From the NCBI GenBank assembly GCA_016184305.1, contig JACPCX010000134.1, positions 1-34,140 of the forward strand: a stretch of 34,140 nt of DNA. Direction: 5' to 3'. The translations under genes were made by a program, and so were the position numbers. Every line of letters starts with the position of its first letter. Positions within the stretch are counted from its first letter, which is position 1. Shown one piece after another: positions 17,096 to 24,661 of this stretch. Origin of the DNA: Candidatus Rokuibacteriota bacterium (GTDB lineage: Bacteria; Methylomirabilota; Methylomirabilia; Rokubacteriales; CSP1-6). The notes beneath the pieces were generated by a model. It was not told the DNA's origin. It saw only the letters and a program-made list of their open reading frames with translations, and ran no database searches.

Positions 17096-18038
17096 GCTGG
17101 CGCACCCGCGGGTCGAGCGCCCCATAGGACACGTCCACCAGGAGGTTCGAGAGGATCACGAGGAGGGCCACGAACAGATTCACCGCCTGGATCACCGGGT
17201 AGTCCCGGCGGCTGATGGCCTCCAGGACGAAGCTCCCCAGCCCCGGCAGCCCGAAGATGTGCTCCATGACGATGGAGCCCCCGAAGTAGAACGGCATCTG
17301 CCCGCCGATCACGGTCACGATGGGGATCATGGCGTTGCGCAGGGCGTGGCGCAGCACCACGACGCGCGAGCCGAGCCCCTTGGCCCAGGCCGTGCGCACG
17401 TAGTCCTGGCGCAGCACCTCGAGCATCATGCCGCGGGTCATGCGCAGGATCACCCCCGCCTGCGTGATCCCGAGGCAGATCGCGGGCAGCACGAACTGGG
17501 CGAGCGAGCCGAGGGGATCCTGGCCCAGCGCAACGAAGTTCCCGATCGGCGGCGCCCAGTTGAAGTAGAAGGACGGGAGCACCACGATGAGCGTGGCGAG
17601 CCAGAAGTTCGGGATGGACAGCGCGCCGATGGCGAAGGAGCGGGCCGTGTAGTCCCCCGCCGTGTCCTGGCGCAAGGCGGCCAGGATCCCCACGGGGAGC
17701 GCCACCAGGAGCGAGATGAGGATCGACAGAAGCGAGAGCGTGACCGTGACCGGGAAGCGCGCGGCGATGTCCAGGGCCGCCGGGCGATTGGTCCAGAGGC
17801 TCTGCCCCAGGTCCCCGGCGAGGAACCCCTTGACCCAGACGAGGTACTGCTCGAGGAGCGGCCGGTCCAGCCCCAGCTTGGCGCGCAATTCGGCGGCATC
17901 CTTGCCGTACTGGAACTGCTCGAGCATCATGTCCACGACGTCGCCCGGGATGGCGCGGATGATGCCGAAGACGAAGAGCGACACCAGGACGAGCGTGGGG
18001 ACGACGAGCAGCAGCCGTTTCAGCGCGTAACGAATCAC
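17088..18038 (-). CDS. Peptide/nickel ABC transporter permease (DppB/OppB family)
   Basis: LKRLL, IPGD, LGLDRP..EQY, GDLG.S, QDYVRTAWAKGL, HALRNA, E.IF.LPGLG, RDYPVIQ. Confidence 0.93.
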   Translation of the reverse strand: MIRYALKRLLLVVPTLVLVSLFVFGIIRAIPGDVVDMMLEQFQYGKDAAELRAKLGLDRPLLEQYLVWVKGFLAGDLGQSLWTNRPAALDIAARFPVTVTLSLLSILISLLVALPVGILAALRQDTAGDYTARSFAIGALSIPNFWLATLIVVLPSFYFNWAPPIGNFVALGQDPLGSLAQFVLPAICLGITQAGVILRMTRGMMLEVLRQDYVRTAWAKGLGSRVVVLRHALRNAMIPIVTVIGGQMPFYFGGSIVMEHIFGLPGLGSFVLEAISRRDYPVIQAVNLFVALLVILSNLLVDVSYGALDPRVRQHE

Positions 18039-18062
18039 CTCAGCCGCCGGCGATCGGGAGCG

Positions 18063-19697
18063 CTACTTCTCGATCCAGACCACCTCCAGCTGCGCCCCGC
18101 GGTCGAAGGAGTTCTTGGGCTGGTAGTTCTTCACCCAGGGTGTCCATGAGGCCAGGTTCTTCGGGTACGGCGTGTAGACGTAGTACATCTGGTCCGCCTC
18201 GTGCCGCTGGATGTCGTCGATGACTTTCTTCCGCGAGGACTTGGCGATGTAGCGGCGCTGGGCGTCGAGCATGACGTCGAGCTTGGTGTCGGAGACGTGG
18301 CTCCGGTTGTTCGGCTGGCCCGTCTTCAGGAAGTTGTAGAGGTAACCGTCCACCTCGGTGAAGATGGACGACGGCCCCCAGGTCGTCTCGTCGTACTTGC
18401 CGAGGAAAGAGCCGCGGATGTAGTTGCCGTACTCCTCGTTGACGATCTGGAGCTCGACGCCGATCTGCTTGAGGGAGAAGGTCAGCAGCTCGAGCTCCTC
18501 CACGTACTCGGGCCCGTAGCCCGGCCAGTGGGTGCACTTGGCCTTGAAACCGTTGGGATGACCCGCATCGGCCAGGAGCTTCTTCGCGAGCACGGGATTG
18601 TACTCGAGCCACCTGGCGCCCTCGCCCAGGTCCTTGGTCGGCAGTTTCCACTCCCGCATGGGCGCGGGCACGGGTCCGTGGTCCTCGAAGCCCTGGCCCT
18701 CGAGGTACTCCTTCACCCACTTCTTCCGGTCTATGGCCAGGGAGAGCGCCCGCCGCACCCGCACGTCGTTGAACGGGGGCTTGTCGGTGCGCATGGCGAG
18801 GCTCCGCACGGCCAGCCAGTCCCAGTAGACGATGGGATAGGTCGGGTTCGACTTCTTGAAGGAGCCCACGTCCGAGCGCGGGATGCGCGCATCGTAGAAC
18901 GGGATGTCCACCTGCCCCGCCCGGAAGAGCGAGAGCTGGGTGGACCTGTCCTTGACGAAGAGCCACTCGACCTTGTCCAGGTACGGCAGCCCCTTCTGGA
19001 AGTAGTCCGGGTTGCGCGCGAACACGGCCTTGACGCCGGGCTCGTAGCGCTCGAGCGTGAAGGGCCCGCAGCCGATCAACGACTCGGCCGCCTTGAAGTC
19101 GCCCATCTTGTCCTCGACCTCGCGGGGCAAGATGCCGTTCCACGGCTCGGCCAGGTTGTGCAGGAAGGGCGCGAAGGCATCGGCCAGGCGCACGCGCACC
19201 GTGTACTTGTCCGGCGTCTCGACGCCCTCGACCTGGCCCAGCAGGCTCGCGTAGCCCGATTTCTTCACGGCCCGCTCCAGCGAGTACTTCACGTCGGCGG
19301 CCACCAGCTCGCGGCCGTTGACCGGGGGCTTGTTCTCCCAGCGCACGCCCTGGCGGAGCGTGATCGTGTACATGCGGCCGTCCTTGGAGACCTCCGCCTT
19401 GAGCGCGAGGTCCGGAACGGGCGTGAAGTCCGAGGGGCCGAACTTGGGGCCATTGACGAACTTGAAGAGCGTCCGATGCACGAAGGACGAGATGAGCTGC
19501 GTCTGGTACGACACCGTCGCGTGGATGTCGAAGGAGGGCGGCTCGAGGCCCATGTGCTTGAGGACTCCGCCCCGCTTCGGCTGCTGCGCAAGAGCCACCG
19601 TCGGCCTCGCCGCCGTCGCCGTCACCGCCCCGGCGCCGAGTGCCGCTGCCTTCAGGAAGTCCCGTCGTCCGATGCTGGGGAGAGTCGTGTCGCTCAT
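18063..19697 (-). CDS. Family-5 ABC substrate-binding protein with twin-arginine (Tat) signal
   Basis: MSDTTLPSIGRRDFLKAAALG, then PDLA, Y.ITLRQGV.W, A.DVKYS, GCGPF, RNPDYF..GLPYLD, PFNDVRVRRAL. RBS GGAGG before ATG 19697. Confidence 0.92.
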   Translation of the reverse strand: MSDTTLPSIGRRDFLKAAALGAGAVTATAARPTVALAQQPKRGGVLKHMGLEPPSFDIHATVSYQTQLISSFVHRTLFKFVNGPKFGPSDFTPVPDLALKAEVSKDGRMYTITLRQGVRWENKPPVNGRELVAADVKYSLERAVKKSGYASLLGQVEGVETPDKYTVRVRLADAFAPFLHNLAEPWNGILPREVEDKMGDFKAAESLIGCGPFTLERYEPGVKAVFARNPDYFQKGLPYLDKVEWLFVKDRSTQLSLFRAGQVDIPFYDARIPRSDVGSFKKSNPTYPIVYWDWLAVRSLAMRTDKPPFNDVRVRRALSLAIDRKKWVKEYLEGQGFEDHGPVPAPMREWKLPTKDLGEGARWLEYNPVLAKKLLADAGHPNGFKAKCTHWPGYGPEYVEELELLTFSLKQIGVELQIVNEEYGNYIRGSFLGKYDETTWGPSSIFTEVDGYLYNFLKTGQPNNRSHVSDTKLDVMLDAQRRYIAKSSRKKVIDDIQRHEADQMYYVYTPYPKNLASWTPWVKNYQPKNSFDRGAQLEVVWIEK

Positions 19698-20404
19698 GAT
19701 GTCCTCCGAGGTTGGGCTGCCGGCATTATAGCAGAGGCTCCCGGGCTTCCCCCTCCCCCCGGGGGAGAGGGCCGGGGTGAGGGGGCGAGCACAGGCTCGC
19801 GGTGGTTGAGGAGCCGCAGCCTCCAGCCCTCGCCCACCGCCTCGAGCATGGAGAGCCCTGCGTAGTCCTGGCCCAGGGTGAGGATCCGCTCCAGCGGGAT
19901 GCCCAGAGCCCGGCAGAGAATGGCGCGGTTCGTCCCGCCGTGAGCGACCACCGCGACTTGCTCCCCGGGATGCGCTGCCACGATGCCCTCGAAGGCGCGC
20001 CAGGCGCGCCGAGCCACCTGCGCCAGGTTCTCGCCGTCGGGGAACTGGAAGCGTCCGATAGCCGCCATCCACTCCGCGAACGCTGGCGGGTCGAGGGCGC
20101 GGATCTCCTCCGCCGTGAGCCCCTCCCAGCGCCCCATGGCGAACTCGCGCAGCTCCGGCAGCGCATGCGCGACAAGCCCGTGAGGCGCGGCCAGGATCTC
20201 GGCGCTGCGGCGCGTCCGGCTGAGATCGCTCGAGTACACGGCCGCGAGCTGCACGCCGGCGAGTCGCTTCGCCAGCGCCTCGAGCTCGGCCTCGCCGTGG
20301 GCGGACAGCGGGACGTCGAGATGGCCGATGAAGCGCCGGCTCTCCGCCCCCACCACCGCGCCGTGGCGAACGAGGTACACCACCGTAGGGGTCAGGTCTT
20401 GCAT
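19694..20404 (-). CDS. cobC: Histidine phosphatase family protein, probable alpha-ribazole/adenosylcobalamin phosphatase
   Basis: YLVRHG, G..DVPLS, YSSDLSR, LRE..G.WEG, PDGE, VVAHGGTNR; directly downstream of cobS. Start is ATG 20404 or 20434, both inside a REP-like repeat. Confidence 0.8.
   Translation of the reverse strand: MQDLTPTVVYLVRHGAVVGAESRRFIGHLDVPLSAHGEAELEALAKRLAGVQLAAVYSSDLSRTRRSAEILAAPHGLVAHALPELREFAMGRWEGLTAEEIRALDPPAFAEWMAAIGRFQFPDGENLAQVARRAWRAFEGIVAAHPGEQVAVVAHGGTNRAILCRALGIPLERILTLGQDYAGLSMLEAVGEGWRLRLLNHREPVLAPSPRPSPPGGGGSPGASAIMPAAQPRRTS
19725..19733 (-). promoter_or_regulatory. Extended -10 promoter (TGC TATAAT) for the ABC/E1 operon
   Basis: Perfect TGnTATAAT on the minus strand, 27 nt before the SBP start, inside the cobC 3' tail. 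Conspicuous in GC-rich DNA. Confidence 0.7.
19749..19785. repeat. REP-like palindrome, CCCTCTCCC family (copy 2)
   Basis: ccccctccccccgggggagagggccggggtgaggggg, sharing gggagagggccggggtgaggg with copy 3. Confidence 0.8.
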
Positions 20405-20463
20405 TACGACATCGGTAGGAGTGCGGTCTTGCATCGTGATGTCGGATTTCAAGACCTGACCCC
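20388..20463. repeat. REP-like inverted repeat, GGGGTCAGGTCTTG family, at the cobS/cobC junction
   Basis: Perfect 14-bp inverted repeat GGGGTCAGGTCTTG (20388-20401) / CAAGACCTGACCCC (20450-20463), an inner inverted repeat cgacatc/gatgtcg, and a degenerate direct copy 30 bp downstream (20418-20431). Confidence 0.85.
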
Positions 20464-21252
20464 GGATGCGGCAGCCAGCGCCAGGAGGATGCCCAGCTCG
20501 CCCAGCTCCACTCCGGCCCCGAGGGCATCTCCCGTGAGCCCCCCGAGACGCCGGCTGAGAAAGCCCGACAAGAGCAGCACCCCGGCAAGCGCCGCGGCCA
20601 GCGCGAGCAGCCCGGGGAGCCCGAGGAGGAGCACAGCCAGCGCTCCGGTCCACATGACGCTCAGCGCTGCGGCCCACAGCGAGAGCGACGCCATGAAGGC
20701 GCCCCCCGAGCCGGTGCCGGGCGTCGCCGCGCGAAAGCACGCCGCAGCCACGAGCGGGGAGAGCCGCCCCACAACGGGGGCCAGCAGCACGGCGCGCCAC
20801 CTCAACTCTGCCGGCAGCTCCCCGAGTGCGGTCAGCGCGATGAGGAAGCTCAGGATCAGCCCCAGCGCCCCGAAGACGCCGATGCGGCTGTCCCGCATGA
20901 TCGCCAGGCGGTGCCCCGGGTCGCGGCCGCCGAGCCCGTCGAGGCAGTCGGCCAGTCCATCCAGGTGGATCCCGCCCGTCGCCACCTTCCAGACCGAAAC
21001 GACGAGCAACGCGGCGAGCAGCGGAGGGAAGGCGCGGGCGAGCAGCCGGTCCACGACGACGAGCCCCGCGCCCAGCGCGAGCCCCACCGCGGGGAACCAC
21101 CACGCCGCGCGCCCCAGCGCGCCGGGCCCCGCCGCCTCGCGCCCGGGCACCGGCACGATGGTGAGGAAACGGATGGCGAGGATCAGCGACGGAATCACGT
21201 CTACTCCCTCTCCCTTCCTGGGAGAGGGCCGGGGTGAGGGAGCGAAGGTCAT
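20449..21252 (-). CDS. cobS: Adenosylcobinamide-GDP ribazoletransferase (cobalamin synthase)
   Basis: AIRFLTIVPVP, WFPAVG, TGGIHLDGLADCLDGL, LAIMRDSRIGVFG, RRLGGLTGDALGA..E. Alternative start GTG 21198, after the REP. Confidence 0.94.
   Translation of the reverse strand: MTFAPSPRPSPRKGEGVDVIPSLILAIRFLTIVPVPGREAAGPGALGRAAWWFPAVGLALGAGLVVVDRLLARAFPPLLAALLVVSVWKVATGGIHLDGLADCLDGLGGRDPGHRLAIMRDSRIGVFGALGLILSFLIALTALGELPAELRWRAVLLAPVVGRLSPLVAAACFRAATPGTGSGGAFMASLSLWAAALSVMWTGALAVLLLGLPGLLALAAALAGVLLLSGFLSRRLGGLTGDALGAGVELGELGILLALAAASGVRS
21206..21240. repeat. REP-like palindrome, CCCTCTCCC family (copy 3)
   Basis: ccctctccc-ttcct-gggagaggg-ccggggtgaggg. Confidence 0.8.
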
Positions 21253-21269
21253 CTCACGCGGGGCGCGCC

Positions 21270-22793
21270 TCAGACCGGGGTGACGGGATTGCGGCGCGGC
21301 GGGAACTCGTGCTGCTTGAACTCGGCGTAGGTGAAGCGCTTGATCAGCTCATCGCGCAGCTCGGAGCCCGCGACGATGCCGTCCACGTGCATCTCGGAGG
21401 CGAGCTTGTAGATGTCCACGTCCTCGGTGAACTCATCGCGTTTCTGCTTCACGTAGGCCGCGCGCTCGCTGGCCGGCAGCTCCATGATCTTGTTGTAGTA
21501 GACGGCATTCACCGCCGGCTCGGGCCCCATGATGGCCACCTGCCCCTGCGGCAGCGCGAGCGCCGCGTCGGGCTCGAAGGCCGGCCCGCACATGGCGTAC
21601 AGCCCGGCGCCGTAGCACTTGCGGACCACGACGCAGATCTTGGGCACGGTGGCCTGGGAGGTGGCGAAGATCATCTTGGCGCCGTGGCGGATGATGCCCG
21701 CGCGCTCCACCTTGCTGCCCACCATGAAGCCGGACACATCCGCGAAGTAGAGGAGCGGGATGTTGAAGGCGTTGCAGAGCCAGATGAAGCGGGCCGCCTT
21801 GTCCGAGGAGTCCACCATGAGGACGCCGCCCTTGACCTTGGGCTGGTTGGCCACGATGCCCACGGCCCGCCCGCCGAGCCGCGCGAGGCCGACGATCACC
21901 TCCGGCGCGAAGAGGCGCTTGATCTCGAAGAAGGAGCCGGCGTCGATGACGCGGTCGATCACCTCGTACATGTCGAACCACTTGCGCTGGTCATAGGGCA
22001 CGATCTCGTCAATGGGCCGCCCGGGCCTGGCCGGCACCGCCTCCACGGCCACCGGCCGCTCGCGGTAGGAGCCCGGCATGTACGAGAGGTAGCGCTTGCA
22101 GGCCTCGATGGCCTCCTCGTCGGTGCCCACCAGCATGTCCCCGCACCCCGAGACCTCGCAATGCATCCGCGCCCCCCCCAGCTCCTCGAGCGAGATCTTC
22201 TCGCCGATGGCCATCTCCACCATGCGCGGCGAGCCCACGTAGAGGCTCGCCTTGCCGTCCACCATGATGACGATGTCGGTGAGGGCCGGCAGATACGCCG
22301 AGCCCGCGGGCGAGGGCCCGAAGAGGATGCAGACCTGCGGCACCACGCCCGAGAGCTGGACCAGGTTGTAGAAGATGCGGCCGGCATGCGAGCGCCCGGG
22401 GAAGATCTTGATCTGCTCCGAGATGCGCCCGCCCGCCGCGTCCACCAGGTAGAGCATCGGGATCTGCAGCCGCTGCGCGCGCTCCTGGATGCGGATGATC
22501 TTCTGGACCGTCTTCTCGCCCCAGGAACCGGCCTTGACCGTGTAGTCGTTGGCCATGAGGCAGACGGGCCGGCCGCCCACCAGGCCCACGCCCGTCACGA
22601 TGCCGTCCGCCGGCGTGTCCGCCTCCTGGTTGCGCGCGAAGAGGAAGTCCTCCTGGAACGGGGAGCCGGGATCGAGCAGGAGCGTGAGCCGGTCCCGGAC
22701 GAAGAGCTTGCCCTCGTCCTTGAGCTTCTCGCGGTACTTGACATGCCCCTGCTCGATGCGCGCACGCTCCCGGAAGTACCGGTCCTCGCTCAT
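21270..22793 (-). CDS. Acyl-CoA carboxylase carboxyltransferase (beta) subunit
   Basis: ADGIVTG.G, ANDYTVKAGSWG, DAAGGRI, AGSAY.PAL.D, EELGGARMH, GIVANQP, DVSGFMVG, IIRHGAK, RKCYGAG..AMCG, MGPE.AV. Confidence 0.93.
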   Translation of the reverse strand: MSEDRYFRERARIEQGHVKYREKLKDEGKLFVRDRLTLLLDPGSPFQEDFLFARNQEADTPADGIVTGVGLVGGRPVCLMANDYTVKAGSWGEKTVQKIIRIQERAQRLQIPMLYLVDAAGGRISEQIKIFPGRSHAGRIFYNLVQLSGVVPQVCILFGPSPAGSAYLPALTDIVIMVDGKASLYVGSPRMVEMAIGEKISLEELGGARMHCEVSGCGDMLVGTDEEAIEACKRYLSYMPGSYRERPVAVEAVPARPGRPIDEIVPYDQRKWFDMYEVIDRVIDAGSFFEIKRLFAPEVIVGLARLGGRAVGIVANQPKVKGGVLMVDSSDKAARFIWLCNAFNIPLLYFADVSGFMVGSKVERAGIIRHGAKMIFATSQATVPKICVVVRKCYGAGLYAMCGPAFEPDAALALPQGQVAIMGPEPAVNAVYYNKIMELPASERAAYVKQKRDEFTEDVDIYKLASEMHVDGIVAGSELRDELIKRFTYAEFKQHEFPPRRNPVTPV

Positions 22794-22814
22794 GGAACCC
22801 TCATGGCCTGCGAA

Positions 22815-24005
22815 TCAGTTGCGGGGGTTGGGATTGGCCCAGAGGATGATGATCAGGACGCCGTCGCCGTGCGCAGGTCCCCCGAGCACCGCCGGGGCGC
22901 CGGGTGCCGCCACGATGCTCATGCGCAGCTCGGGCTCTCCCCTGCGGAGGAGGCGCACCCGCATGCGCACCGACTGGCCCTGGAGCTGGTCGGGCGTGAC
23001 CTCGAGCTGGCGCGCCCCCGGCAGCAGGAAGCGCTGCTGGGTGCCGAGCGCGACCTCCGCGCGCTGGCGGTCGAGCGTCGTGTACTCGGTGTAGCGGAAG
23101 AGTGTGCGCAGCCGCGGCAGGATCAGTCGGAGCCGCTCGTCCAGCTCGCCCTCCAGCGAGGCCGAGGGCGGCGGCGCCGGAGCCGCCGAGGGCGGAGCCA
23201 GGTTACGCTGCCCCGGCACGGCGGCCGTCGCCGGGGGCGGCGGTGAGGCCGGACTCGAGGCCTGGAGCACGCGCACGCCGAAGCGGATCATTTGCTCGGC
23301 CTGGACGGGCGCCGCGGCCGCGACGAGGGTGACAGCAAGCCAGAAGACGATTGCCAGCATCGGCCCGAGGATGGCCCGCAGCCGCTGGCGCGCGTTGTGG
23401 AGCCGCGACATGACCGTCCCGATGGGGCAGCTCAGCACCTGGGCGATCTCGCGGTACGACAGGCCCTCGACATCACTCAGCATGATAATGGTTCGGTGCT
23501 TGAGCGGCAAGGCGTCGAGGGCGCGGCTGATGCGCTCGCGCTTCTCGGCCTGGATCGCGGCCTGGTCTGGCGTCGCGCCGCGGTCCGCCGCCGTGCGCGC
23601 CCACTCCTCCTCGGGCACCTGCTCGGCGCCGAACGCCCGCGCGCGCGCTCCTCGGGCGCGGTGCCGGTCGGTAGCCACGTTGACCGTGATCCGGAAGAGC
23701 CACGTGTAGAACGCCGACTGGCCGCGGAATGCCGGCAGCGACTGGAAGGCCCGCACGAAGGCCTCCTGGGCGCAGTCCCAGGCTTCCTCCTTGTCCCGCA
23801 GGACCTGATACGCGAGCCGCCACACCCGCTGGCGGTACTTCTCCACCAGCGGCTCGAAGGCTGCCATGTCTCCCGCCCGGCAGCGGCGGATGAGGTCGTC
23901 GTCTCCCGGCACTGACGGCGGCGTGGAGGACGGCGATGTCGCGGGCCGCGGCTGCGGAGGGCCGGAGGATTCCGGTGGAGTCGTCGGAGAGGTCACGCCC
24001 GCCAA
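22815..24005 (-). CDS. ECF sigma factor with a C-terminal hydrophobic helix and extracytoplasmic-type domain
   Basis: Region 2 AFEPLVEKY...DCAQEAFVRAF...FRGQSAFYTWLFRITVN; region 4 GLSYREIAQVLSCPIGTVMSRLHNAR; then in-frame MLAIVFWLAVTLVAAAAPVQA and about 160 further residues. Start (TTG 24005 or GTG 23996) is uncertain. Confidence 0.88.
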   Translation of the reverse strand: MAGVTSPTTPPESSGPPQPRPATSPSSTPPSVPGDDDLIRRCRAGDMAAFEPLVEKYRQRVWRLAYQVLRDKEEAWDCAQEAFVRAFQSLPAFRGQSAFYTWLFRITVNVATDRHRARGARARAFGAEQVPEEEWARTAADRGATPDQAAIQAEKRERISRALDALPLKHRTIIMLSDVEGLSYREIAQVLSCPIGTVMSRLHNARQRLRAILGPMLAIVFWLAVTLVAAAAPVQAEQMIRFGVRVLQASSPASPPPPATAAVPGQRNLAPPSAAPAPPPSASLEGELDERLRLILPRLRTLFRYTEYTTLDRQRAEVALGTQQRFLLPGARQLEVTPDQLQGQSVRMRVRLLRRGEPELRMSIVAAPGAPAVLGGPAHGDGVLIIILWANPNPRN

Positions 24006-24017
24006 TCATTGCGGCGG

Positions 24018-24046
24018 TTAGACGCGGCGGGAGGAGCCCCCATTCA
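24018..24046 (-). promoter_or_regulatory. Possible ECF-type autoregulatory promoter
   Basis: TGAAT-17 nt-CGTCTAA just upstream of the ECF gene. The -10 matches typical ECF (G)TCTAA/CGTC boxes; the -35 is imperfect. Confidence 0.4.
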
Positions 24047-24553
24047 CCGCGCGGGGCGGCGGGCCCGGCGGCGCGCCCGCGCCGCGCGTTCCCCAGCGCG
24101 CCGCGCCTGCGCCGCGAGGGCACCATCGACTCCCAGGATGTAGCTCGTCGGGCCGAAGCCCGAGATCTGCCCCGCGGCGGCGGGCGCCGTCACCGAGTGG
24201 CGGCGGAACTCCTCCCGCGCGTGGATGTTCGAGAGATGCACCTCCACCACCGGCAGCTCCACCGCCGCGAAGGCATCGCGCAGCGCGATGGAGTAGTGGG
24301 TCAGCGCCCCCGGGTTGATCACGATGGCGCCGAAGCCCTCCCCCGCGGCGCCCTGGATCCACTCCACCAGCTGACCCTCGTGGTTCGACTGCCGGCAGTC
24401 CACTTTCACGTCTCGCTCGACGGCGTGGCGCCGGACCGCCTCGTCCAGCTGGGCGAGCGTGACCCGGCCGTAGATCGCCGGCTCTCGGGTGCCAAGGAGG
24501 TTCAGGTTCGGGCCGTGCAGGACGAGGATGCGGCGAGGGGCGAGCGGTGCCAT
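24044..24553 (-). CDS. aroQ: Type II 3-dehydroquinate dehydratase
   Basis: [59 protein letters not shown]. Confidence 0.97.
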   Translation of the reverse strand: MAPLAPRRILVLHGPNLNLLGTREPAIYGRVTLAQLDEAVRRHAVERDVKVDCRQSNHEGQLVEWIQGAAGEGFGAIVINPGALTHYSIALRDAFAAVELPVVEVHLSNIHAREEFRRHSVTAPAAAGQISGFGPTSYILGVDGALAAQARRAGERAARARRRARRPAR

Positions 24554-24562
24554 TGGCCACAG

Positions 24563-24592
24563 ACATTACACCGGAGCGCGGGGCCACGGCAA
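24563..24592 (-). promoter_or_regulatory. Possible sigma70 promoter for aroQ
   Basis: TTGCCG-18 nt-TAATGT ending 9 nt before the ATG. No RBS is visible, so the transcript may be near-leaderless. Confidence 0.4.
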
Positions 24593-24661
24593 GGGACGGA
24601 AACCCCCTCGACACACCGGAGCACCGGGCCGGGGCAACCGGCGCGGGCGCCGGCTCCGGCC

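Noticed and set aside
18063..21103. Track ORFs of 841 aa (18063-20588) and 469 aa (19694-21103) as fusion proteins
   Set aside because: The extensions are off-frame read-through across cobC and cobS in GC-rich DNA. The recognisable proteins start at 19697 and about 20404.
24568..24622. 10-bp direct repeat acaccggagc as an island attachment site or target duplication
   Set aside because: Short, GC-rich, only 45 bp apart, with no matching copy noticed at a far boundary and no integrase or tRNA.
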